Assembly (NCBI GenBank): GCA_023229825.1
Contig: JALNYN010000004.1
Location: forward strand, 1-59,880
Direction: 5' to 3'
From: Minisyncoccota bacterium
Lineage (GTDB): Bacteria; Patescibacteriota; Minisyncoccia; Phycocordibacterales; CAIJYI01
Length of the DNA: 59,880 nt
Part shown: positions 9,126 to 16,457 of the stretch, piece by piece
How the letters are laid out: the number at the start of each line of letters is the position of its first letter
Position numbering within the stretch: position 1 is the first letter of the stretch
The notes under the pieces: generated by a model
Told to the model about the DNA's origin: nothing
The model's input: only the letters and a program-made list of their open reading frames with translations
Database searches by the model: none
Position numbers and translations under genes: made by a program

Positions 9126-10138
9126 TCCACATCATTCACCAGCTCCATAAGTACGGCGGCTAAAGGAACGGCAAGAATGAGCCCCATAAACCCGCCAAGC
9201 TGTGCCCCTACGATAAGACCGAGGATCACAATAATGGGAGGAACGCCGATAACCTTGCGGACAACGACCGGATAAATAAGGTGATTTTCAAATTGCTGGA
9301 CGAGAACGTAGAGCGCGATGGTCATAAAACCGAGAGTGGGGCTCGCGGTGAATCCGATCATGACGGCAGGGATCGCGGAGAGCGTAGGGCCGAATACGGG
9401 AATGAGCTCAAATACCGCGGTAATGAAAGCCAAAAGGAAAGCTTGTTTAACTCCGAGGATGAGGAGTCCGAGATACACGAGCGCTCCAACCAAAACACCG
9501 AGAAGTATCTGTCCTTGTATCCACTTCCCTATTTTATGCTGCGACCGATACCAAAGATCGATAACGTATTTTTCGTTTTTATCCGGAACAATGATCTTCA
9601 GGAAATTCTCAATTCCTTTTTCCTGAACGGCAAAATAAAAAGAAAGGACGAGCACCAGCATGAAATTGAAGAAGCTCCGGAAGACATCAGCGAGCGCGTG
9701 CGTTATGTTGCTGACATCAGCCCCTGATCCGGGAGAAAATGCGCCGACCATATTCTGGAGAATGGCTTTGTAATCGAGCACTTTCGGCCAGGGATTCCAC
9801 TGATCGAGAAAATTCAGATACTGAGGCAGTGATGCGAAAAATTGTGAAAAGTCGTCAAGAAGCGGCGGCAGGAAGAAATAGAACATTCCGGCAAAAAGTC
9901 CGACAAACAGAACGTACACTAAAAGCACGGCGGGAATGCGCGGTATTTTGTGACGAATAAACCATTTGGCGGCCGGCTCAACGCTTGACGCGACGACGAT
10001 GGAAGTGAGAATGACCAGTATGAGATCGGACAGCAGATATGCCACGTAGAAAAAAATAAGCACCAGTATCGTTTTAATGATAGTGCTGACGCTCACGTTT
10101 ATAATTATGTCCCCTTTTTGGTCTTTCATTGTCTGCAT
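9101..10138 (-). CDS. AI-2E (PerM/UPF0118) family transporter
   Basis: 345-aa polytopic membrane protein with the typical AI-2E layout and C-terminal ...GLILAVPLAAVL. Confidence 0.8.
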   Translation of the reverse strand: MQTMKDQKGDIIINVSVSTIIKTILVLIFFYVAYLLSDLILVILTSIVVASSVEPAAKWFIRHKIPRIPAVLLVYVLFVGLFAGMFYFFLPPLLDDFSQFFASLPQYLNFLDQWNPWPKVLDYKAILQNMVGAFSPGSGADVSNITHALADVFRSFFNFMLVLVLSFYFAVQEKGIENFLKIIVPDKNEKYVIDLWYRSQHKIGKWIQGQILLGVLVGALVYLGLLILGVKQAFLLAFITAVFELIPVFGPTLSAIPAVMIGFTASPTLGFMTIALYVLVQQFENHLIYPVVVRKVIGVPPIIVILGLIVGAQLGGFMGLILAVPLAAVLMELVNDVEKKKIENR

Positions 10139-10195
10139 AATACCATATTTGCGAAAAATATTAAAGATTACTGGGAGCGATTTAAGATTTAATAG

Positions 10196-10330
10196 CCTCT
10201 CTAACTAACCACTTCCCATCCGTCATCCCGTGCCGCGACACGGGATCCACGGGGAGTAACGATAGACGTGGATTCCGGCTCGCGGGCCGGAATGACGACA
10301 AAAGTGATTGGGTTAATTAGAGATAGTATA
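10196..10330. repeat. Composite GC-rich REP-like element (two 8-bp hairpin modules inside longer inverted arms)
   Basis: CGTCAT-[ATCCCGTG ccgcga CACGGGAT]-CCAC...GTGG-[ATTCCGGC tcgcgg GCCGGAAT]-GACG, flanked by ctctctaactaaccac / gtgattgggttaattagaga. An inverted copy lies at 59710..59880. Confidence 0.8.
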
Positions 10331-10349
10331 AGATTCAGGTTCATGATTC

Positions 10350-10383
10350 ATAAAAAATACGCTTTCTTAAAAAACGTATTTTT
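10350..10383 (-). terminator. Rho-independent terminator after 10471..12432
   Basis: AAATACG-N13-CGTATTT followed by a T-run on the minus strand. Confidence 0.5.
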
Positions 10384-10470
10384 ATGTATGAAAACTTTCC
10401 GGACGAGAGTTAGAAAAACCTATTCGGCGACAACCTGTCGTACCTTCCACTAGCCATTCTTATACTTCGG

Positions 10471-12432
10471 TTATTCCGCCACTTGCGTATCCGTCAGGGT
10501 TATTCTTGGATCCGTACTGCTGATCGTGGTCGATACCGCCTCGGCAACGGAGGTAAGCGCCGCTCCAGTAAAATCATCGGTGGCGGTAAAGGTGGCGGCG
10601 GATAAGAGCGTCGGAGATTTGTACAATTGTGAAAGCCCTGGCAAAAGTACGACCTGGAACGAGACTTGCGCGGGCTCTTCCAAATAGCCCACGCCGGATT
10701 TTATTTTACCGATCTTCCATGTGACTTTTTTGCTGGTTTGATCATAGGAGATCGGAGAGCCGGTCGGAAAGACTTTGCCTGTCCATCTCACCGATAAAGG
10801 AATAGCCGCAGAAACTTCTGCATTTTTTAAATCGTTGACCGTATTTAATGCTTTCCATGTGATCGTGTACGTCGTTTCCTGTCCGACTCGCGGGGGGATC
10901 GGTCCCGTATTCGGGATCGGATCGCCGTAATACGTGCCGTAGGATACCAATTTAGCCAACGTACTCAGTTTTATAGTTTTTGCGGCCGAGAATTTCACAT
11001 CTTCCGGCACATTGTTCTCGTCGACGCGCTTGCCTTTAACGCTGGTCGACACCGAGATCGTCGGATTTTTGAAAGCATTTTTTGCGGAATATGGCAGAAG
11101 AGAGAACCGGAACGAAACTGTTCCCACCTTCCCCGGAGCAAGCGAGGCCAGGTCTTTGATCGCTCGTTTATCCCATGTGATGACATCGCTGATCGAATCG
11201 TAAAAACCTTCCGAATCCGCGAAAACCGTTTTTTTGTCTATCACATCTCCTGTGACGGAAACGCTTATTTCTCCGTCATTGACCTTATCGGGCAGGCTAT
11301 TCGTCCAGTGAATACCGATATCGGCGGGCCTCCATTCATTGAGTACCGGACTTTCCGAATTAACCCCGTTTACAAAGATGTCCATCGATAAGAACGATTT
11401 TTTTATTGTTATTCCCGTTTGCGCCGTAGCGAATATATCTTTCATGACAAGAAAATCTTTTTCTGTGCCCGCGCCGGTCGTGAGACGGAAGATCTTTTGC
11501 TGTTCGCTTTCGCCAAGAAGCGAGCCGCGTACCTCAAGATGCCGCGTGTCGCCGAAATTCATGTCGCCGAGAGACCAAAGACTGTCGCCTTTTACGGGTG
11601 CCGGAACCGCGCCTTTAAAAATAAATCCTTGAGGATAATCGATCTTAAAGAGCGGATCTTTTATGGGGGTCGGCGAATTTGATTTTATATCAACTCCGAG
11701 CGTAAACTCCTGTTTCGGCGTTATCTCGCGAAGAAGCGACGTTGTGAACGAAAGAGGCGCGGCCGTGAGGCCCACCATGAATTTTTTATTCTTCGTATAC
11801 TGGGCGCCGGAACCTTCGATACTGAAACGAACTTCGAAATTTATTTCTTTCCTTTCGTTTTGCCCTCCGAAGATCAGCGCTTTTATGGTTTCCGTGCGCT
11901 CTTCTCCGGCGTCTACCGTGCCGATTTTTTTGATGGTACGAGGAAGTTCTTCTCCCGGATTGCTGATATAACGCGATCCGTCGGGGAAATTAGCTGTGAT
12001 TTGTACGGAATTCAAAGGAACGGTATTTTTGTTCTCGATCTGGACCTGAATGGCTATTTCCTCGCCTCCTTTTGCTGAAACCGGACCAAACACCGAAACA
12101 TTAACATTATTCGGCGAAACAACTATCCGTTTGCTGAAAAACGAAAACGCCGCGATACCGACCGCGATAATAAAGAATATCAGAGAAAAGAGAAAAAACT
12201 TCACGAAGGGCGAACTCGATTCTTTTTCATTTGTTTTTTGATATCTGAGAGAACCGCCCTCCTCCCACACTTCCCTGCCTTCCGCATTGATCTTTTTTGG
12301 CCGCAACACGGTGCGATCTCGGTGCTGTATTTCGTCCTGCCGCGAATACAGTTTTTTTTCAAGATTTTCGATCAAGTGAGATTTATCATCCTCTTGACCA
12401 TCGATCTTTCGAAATGGATCGTTGTTTTCCAT
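10471..12432 (-). CDS. Large N-terminally membrane-anchored surface protein with repeated beta-sandwich-like segments
   Basis: Long ORF. Start taken at MENNDPF because the upstream 23 codons lie inside repeat A3. One TM (FFLFSLIFFIIAVGIAAFSFF), then a beta-rich sequence of about 550 aa. No family recognised. Confidence 0.7.
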   Translation of the reverse strand: MENNDPFRKIDGQEDDKSHLIENLEKKLYSRQDEIQHRDRTVLRPKKINAEGREVWEEGGSLRYQKTNEKESSSPFVKFFLFSLIFFIIAVGIAAFSFFSKRIVVSPNNVNVSVFGPVSAKGGEEIAIQVQIENKNTVPLNSVQITANFPDGSRYISNPGEELPRTIKKIGTVDAGEERTETIKALIFGGQNERKEINFEVRFSIEGSGAQYTKNKKFMVGLTAAPLSFTTSLLREITPKQEFTLGVDIKSNSPTPIKDPLFKIDYPQGFIFKGAVPAPVKGDSLWSLGDMNFGDTRHLEVRGSLLGESEQQKIFRLTTGAGTEKDFLVMKDIFATAQTGITIKKSFLSMDIFVNGVNSESPVLNEWRPADIGIHWTNSLPDKVNDGEISVSVTGDVIDKKTVFADSEGFYDSISDVITWDKRAIKDLASLAPGKVGTVSFRFSLLPYSAKNAFKNPTISVSTSVKGKRVDENNVPEDVKFSAAKTIKLSTLAKLVSYGTYYGDPIPNTGPIPPRVGQETTYTITWKALNTVNDLKNAEVSAAIPLSVRWTGKVFPTGSPISYDQTSKKVTWKIGKIKSGVGYLEEPAQVSFQVVLLPGLSQLYKSPTLLSAATFTATDDFTGAALTSVAEAVSTTISSTDPRITLTDTQVAE

Positions 12433-12451
12433 ACCAGTATTATAGCAAACG

Positions 12452-12548
12452 AGAAGAGAATAGAGAATGGAGAATTGAGAATAGAATAAAAACGACGACA
12501 ATTTTTCATTCGTATTCTATTTTCTATTCTCTATTTTCCATTTTCATC
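12452..12548. repeat. Stuttered-arm hairpin, word family AGAATAGAGAAT (copy A3)
   Basis: gagaagagaatagagaatggagaattgagaatagaa ... centre aaaacgacgacaa ... ttctattttctattctctattttcc. Confidence 0.8.
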
Positions 12549-12552
12549 GGTG

Positions 12553-13137
12553 CTAAAGATGCGATTCTTCAAGCGCCCGGTTGATCTCTTTAAGCGCCGA
12601 CCTCCGGTGGGGAGTGAATTGTTCAAGCATGCTCGCGTTGAAGGGAGTTCGTATGTAAAACTTCAGATCTTTATTTTCGCCGATGTATCCGAGCGCCGAC
12701 AATATCTTGAGTACGGCAAGCGTTTCAAAACGGTGCAGTTCATCATTGGTAAATTTCGCATCTTTCAAAAAAGCGGCAGCGTCTTTCAGTTCATGAAAAA
12801 GGGCAGAATTCTCCTCCTCGCCGTGCACGAAACGTCCGACCAGAGAAAGAATGCCGGCAAAAACTTTTATTTTTTGCGTTTCCTTTGTCGGAGAAAAAGA
12901 AATAATTTCTTCCGCATCCGTAAGACGCCACGAAGTTTTTCCGCGGATCAGAGAGAGCCTGGAAAAAGAGTACTCACGCAATCCGTACCTCAACTTCGAA
13001 GAAACTTTGCGCGCCGACTGGGCATGCGCGCCGACAAGGCCGAGATTTTCGGTAAAAATAAACAGCAGCTTATTCGCCTCGCCAAGATCGGCGGAGCGGA
13101 GCACAAAACCGGTGGTGTTGTAGAGATGATAAGACAC
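12553..13137 (-). CDS. recO: DNA repair protein RecO
   Basis: ...YHLYNTTGFVLRSADLGEANKLLFIFTENLGLV.... A GTG start at 13137 gives (M)SYHLYN. The longer ORF-track N-terminus overlaps the upstream gene and a repeat. Confidence 0.8.
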   Translation of the reverse strand: MSYHLYNTTGFVLRSADLGEANKLLFIFTENLGLVGAHAQSARKVSSKLRYGLREYSFSRLSLIRGKTSWRLTDAEEIISFSPTKETQKIKVFAGILSLVGRFVHGEEENSALFHELKDAAAFLKDAKFTNDELHRFETLAVLKILSALGYIGENKDLKFYIRTPFNASMLEQFTPHRRSALKEINRALEESHL

Positions 13138-13180
13138 GAAGGGATTTATGATTAACAGATTTAAGGATTTAAGGATTTCT

Positions 13181-13217
13181 CCGCCGGACGCGAGTCTCTG
13201 ACCCCGTCCGGAACGTT
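13181..13217 (+). repeat. GC hairpin repeat family CGCCGG-hairpin-GGAACGTTT (copy 1)
   Basis: ccgccggacgcgagtctctgaccccgtccggaacgttt. Near-identical copies lie at 31785..31822 and 38358..38384, with a stem-variant at 26601..26637. Confidence 0.8.
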
Positions 13218-13241
13218 TGGAATTTCCACATATTTCTTTTT

Positions 13242-14027
13242 TCAAAGCAATTTTCGCAGTGCCGGCTCTTGCAGAACAGCATGTGCTCCGCCGAACACAA
13301 CAAAAATATTTTTTCCTTCTTGCCAAAATTTAAGAATTTCCGATACGATATGGACATTTCGATATGTAGAACAAGCTCGCGCAACTTTATTTATAACAGA
13401 ATTTTCAGTTGTTGGGTTTATGTAAGAAAATCTGTCTTCATTTTCGTCAAAATCGACGCCAAAAAGGTTTTTGTGAATTCTTTTCATATTTTCAATAGAA
13501 AAATCGAAATCTTCCCATTTGCTTTCTGTTTTGTCTCTTGTTAAGCATTTATTCGCATATTCTTCAAAATTCGGTTTCGGATTTAAACGACTTCCCGAAT
13601 GGAGACCTCGCATATAATAATAATATTCAATTTCGTCTTTTGAAAATTTTTTCAATAATGCTTCTGTTTCTTCCGTTCGAGTTGGTTCGGGGCAATATAT
13701 ATGAGCCTCAATATCCTTTGCCAGCCAAGTAATCAATCCGCCTTCCCCGTTGCGTTTTATTGTCATTTCTTCATCTTTTAAAACTTTCCGCAACCCACCC
13801 TCAACAAAAACAACCGAATTTTTCCCTCCCGTTTTATCCATAAATTTTCCCCAAAATTCCCTCAAAACAGGAAATTGTTCATTATTCGGGTCATGAGAAT
13901 GATTGGCTCCGAAATAATAAAGCAACTGCTCGTTTTTCTCGATCTCAAAACAATAGGGCCATTTTTTCGCTATGCTTTTCCATTCGTCGTAAGAATAAAG
14001 TAGCGATTCAATTTCTTTTTCTTTCAT
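13242..14027 (-). CDS. Hypothetical protein, possibly TraB/GumN/TIKI-superfamily-like
   Basis: 261-aa ORF. N-terminal FGANHSHD and C-terminal VVFGGAHAV resemble the GxxH...GAGH signature pair of that superfamily. This is a weak, motif-only assignment. Confidence 0.55.
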   Translation of the reverse strand: MKEKEIESLLYSYDEWKSIAKKWPYCFEIEKNEQLLYYFGANHSHDPNNEQFPVLREFWGKFMDKTGGKNSVVFVEGGLRKVLKDEEMTIKRNGEGGLITWLAKDIEAHIYCPEPTRTEETEALLKKFSKDEIEYYYYMRGLHSGSRLNPKPNFEEYANKCLTRDKTESKWEDFDFSIENMKRIHKNLFGVDFDENEDRFSYINPTTENSVINKVARACSTYRNVHIVSEILKFWQEGKNIFVVFGGAHAVLQEPALRKLL

Positions 14028-14316
14028 AATTTTATTATTTTATGTACTTGGCTCTTTTAGGTTAAATATATACTTAGGTAACAAATGGCTGTTCCACCTT
14101 GACTTTTCTGTTGGATTTTCCCTAATATAATTACATTGCCATTTGGCACCAGAGAGCCCACCGTATGGTGGGTTTTCTTATTCTCTACTGACAAGAATAC
14201 CAAAAATATCAACGAGTAACAATAAAATTACAGCACATATCTCTCATTTTTTTTTGGAGGTTAAACCTCTAAACAAAATGTTCCTCAATATTTCATCGTT
14301 GTGATATACTGTTTAT

Positions 14317-14874
14317 ATGCAATTTAGCAACCCAGATGACAATATTCGTGAGTTTGGCGTAAAACCGGAGCAAAAGATCGCGATTTTTGGATCGGGTTCG
14401 GGCGGACACACCCTGGCGGCGGCGCGTGCTATGAACGGCACGGGTACCATTTACGGCATTGATTCACGAGGTCAAATGGTTGAGAAGCTGAAAAAAGAAG
14501 CATCGGATCGGCACCACATGAACGTGAGGGTGGTTGGGGGCGATGTGGAACGAATGGGCGGCACGGGAATAACTCCTCTTTCGACCGATGCGGTTATCGT
14601 TCCCGACACGCTCTTTTCTGCGAATGATAAAGCCGGAGTTTTTAAAGAGGCCGACCGAATTCTTTCCTACGGAGGACGGCTTTTAGTAATTGATTGGATC
14701 GCTTCATTCGGAGGAACAGGACCGCAGCCGGAACATGTTTTCTCGGAGCAGGAAGCGCTGGAGCTTGGCAAAAAAATCGGTTTCGTCTACGACCGAAGAT
14801 TTCCCGCCGGAAATTATCACTACGCGCTCATTTTTCACAAACCGACGCCGGACGAGAAGAGTATCAGGAATTAG
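14317..14874 (+). CDS. Class I SAM-dependent methyltransferase
   Basis: Motif I IAIFGSGSGGHT, and ...RLLVIDW. Confidence 0.8.
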   Translation: MQFSNPDDNIREFGVKPEQKIAIFGSGSGGHTLAAARAMNGTGTIYGIDSRGQMVEKLKKEASDRHHMNVRVVGGDVERMGGTGITPLSTDAVIVPDTLFSANDKAGVFKEADRILSYGGRLLVIDWIASFGGTGPQPEHVFSEQEALELGKKIGFVYDRRFPAGNYHYALIFHKPTPDEKSIRN

Positions 14875-14972
14875 TATCAGTATCAGGAATAACGAAGTAA
14901 AAAGAAAAACACCGTCGGTGCTTTTCTTTTTTGTTACTTTTCGTCCCTGATACTGATACTAATTCCCGATAC
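14861..14972. terminator. Bidirectional terminator / stuttered-arm hairpin (word GTATCA) between convergent genes
   Basis: The outer arms gtatcaggaattagtatcagtatcagg / cctgatactgatactaattcccgatac enclose the hairpin gaaaaacaccgtcggtgcttttc, which has flanking A- and T-runs. Confidence 0.65.
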
Positions 14973-14988
14973 TCGTCGTCGTATTGTT

Positions 14989-15747
14989 CTATCGTTCTGT
15001 TATGCTTTTTGCTTCAATACACAAAAACAGCGGGAACTCCCTTCTCGTCCTATCCTCCTCCTCTTTTCTCGGACCTTTTTCGCTTTCCCGGTGCGACACC
15101 CATTCTTCGAGGCGCGAGATCTGAAAACCGGCGTTCGCGAGAGTTTTGAAATACACCTGAAGCGGACGATGAAAAGACACCGTGGTTATTTTTTTCTGCG
15201 ATCCGGGATGCATATCGATCTCTCTTTTTGATTCGGTCATGTAAGCATCGATGCGGCGATATTGTTTTTTGGCTTGCTCGTCAAACCCCCAAGAGCTCGC
15301 GCCCGGATTGCGGAAAGCGGGGTGATTCAAGACGAGCAACAATTTCCCTCCCGGTTTTAATTTTTTTTGGATCTCTTTGAAGACCTCCGAAATATTTTCA
15401 ATGTTCTGTGCGGCGAGAATTATGGTAGCTGCGTCCAAGGAATGTTCCTGGATCATTTCGAGTCTGTGCGCCGGCGAGACGAAAAATTTTGCGTTCGAAA
15501 CATTCTTCTTTGCGATGGCGATCAGTTTCGCTGAGATGTCCGTCCCGACGACCGCAGCTCCCGCATCCGCAAACGCCCGCGAAAAAAAACCTTGTCCACA
15601 AGCAAGATCAAGAACTTTCATGCCGTTCTTAAGGGCAGCAAGACGGACGACGTTCGGCAATATAACCTTATTTTGATACGTGTCTTCGTCCCGCAACAGA
15701 TCATCGTACCAGTCGCCCACATGCTCCCAGGAAGTGCTTTTTTTCAT
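14989..15747 (-). CDS. Class I SAM-dependent methyltransferase
   Basis: VLDLACGQGFFS (motif I), ...LLLVLNHP. Start taken at MKKSTSW; the ORF extends to 15765. Confidence 0.8.
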   Translation of the reverse strand: MKKSTSWEHVGDWYDDLLRDEDTYQNKVILPNVVRLAALKNGMKVLDLACGQGFFSRAFADAGAAVVGTDISAKLIAIAKKNVSNAKFFVSPAHRLEMIQEHSLDAATIILAAQNIENISEVFKEIQKKLKPGGKLLLVLNHPAFRNPGASSWGFDEQAKKQYRRIDAYMTESKREIDMHPGSQKKITTVSFHRPLQVYFKTLANAGFQISRLEEWVSHRESEKGPRKEEEDRTRREFPLFLCIEAKSITER

Positions 15748-15833
15748 AGGGAAACAATACCACATAATCGAAAAATGACAAAGTTTCCTTCTTGTGCTAG
15801 CATGAAATAAGAACAGATGAACCGGAGATGAAG

Positions 15834-16004
15834 ATGTACATTTGCATTTGCAAAGCGATCACGGAAGAGAAACTGAATGTTTGCATAAAGGAAAATTCCT
15901 GCGCCAGGGTATCGCACGTAAAAAAAACGTGCCAAGCCGGAAGCCAGTGCGGAATATGCATTCCGTGGATAAAAAGGGCTATAAAAGAAGCCGTCGAAGA
16001 ATAA
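15834..16004 (+). CDS. BFD-like [2Fe-2S]-binding domain protein (56 aa)
   Basis: Own translation: MYICICKAITEEKLNVCIKENSCARVSHVKKTCQAGSQCGICIPWIKRAIKEAVEE. It has the CxC...CxxC pattern of bacterioferritin-associated ferredoxin-like proteins. GGAG lies 6 nt upstream and a terminator follows. It is below the ORF-track size cutoff. Confidence 0.7.
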   Translation: MYICICKAITEEKLNVCIKENSCARVSHVKKTCQAGSQCGICIPWIKRAIKEAVEE

Positions 16005-16033
16005 ACGTCCCGAATAAAACCGGGACGTTTTTT
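16005..16033 (+). terminator. Rho-independent terminator
   Basis: ACGTCCCG-N8-CGGGACGT followed by TTTTT. Confidence 0.7.
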
Positions 16034-16126
16034 AATTACTTGACATTATTCTTCAAGTAGTGTAGGATGGTTTCAGACTCGTACGACAAGAGTCGATTTC
16101 GAAACAAACCAAAAGAGGTAAATAGT

Positions 16127-16273
16127 ATGTCGAAAGGTAGAGACAAAAAAGGCCGATCGAAAGGCAAAGAACCCGTTCTTTCTCTGATAGAAAAGAGAAA
16201 AGTAAAACAACAAAAAAGACAAGAACGATCGCAAACATCCAGCGAGCAATTCCAAGAACAAATGGATAAATAA
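16127..16273 (+). CDS. Small, highly basic protein (48 aa)
   Basis: MSKGRDKKGRSKGKEPVLSLIEKRKVKQQKRQERSQTSSEQFQEQMDK. AGAGG lies upstream and a strong terminator downstream. Confidence 0.4.
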   Translation: MSKGRDKKGRSKGKEPVLSLIEKRKVKQQKRQERSQTSSEQFQEQMDK

Positions 16274-16288
16274 CCTCGCAAGACGCAC

Positions 16289-16317
16289 AAAGCCCTCCTT
16301 TATGGAGGGCTTTTTTT
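16289..16317 (+). terminator. Rho-independent terminator
   Basis: AGCCCTCC-tttatg-GAGGGCT followed by a T7 run. Confidence 0.75.
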
Positions 16318-16349
16318 ATATTAAATCGACGTAAGTTTGACTATATACC

Positions 16350-16447
16350 GTGGATTCCGGCTCGCGGGCCGGAATGACGTTAGGTGGAAACCGGTTCAAA
16401 ATAATACTACTACATTTCGTCATTCCGGCCCGCGAGCCGGAATCCAC
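16350..16447. repeat. Inverted pair of the GTGGATTCCGGCTCGCGGGCCGGAATGACG REP-like module
   Basis: gtggattccggctcgcgggccggaatgacg ...41 nt... cgtcattccggcccgcgagccggaatccac. Confidence 0.85.
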
Positions 16448-16457
16448 GTTTATCGTA

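Noticed and set aside
10221-10297. tRNA-like cloverleaf formed by the composite REP element.
   Set aside because: The stem lengths (4/8/4/8 bp) and the 17-nt central loop do not fit a tRNA. There is no GTTCRA T-loop, no 7-nt anticodon loop and no discriminator/CCA context. The same modules occur as dispersed repeats.
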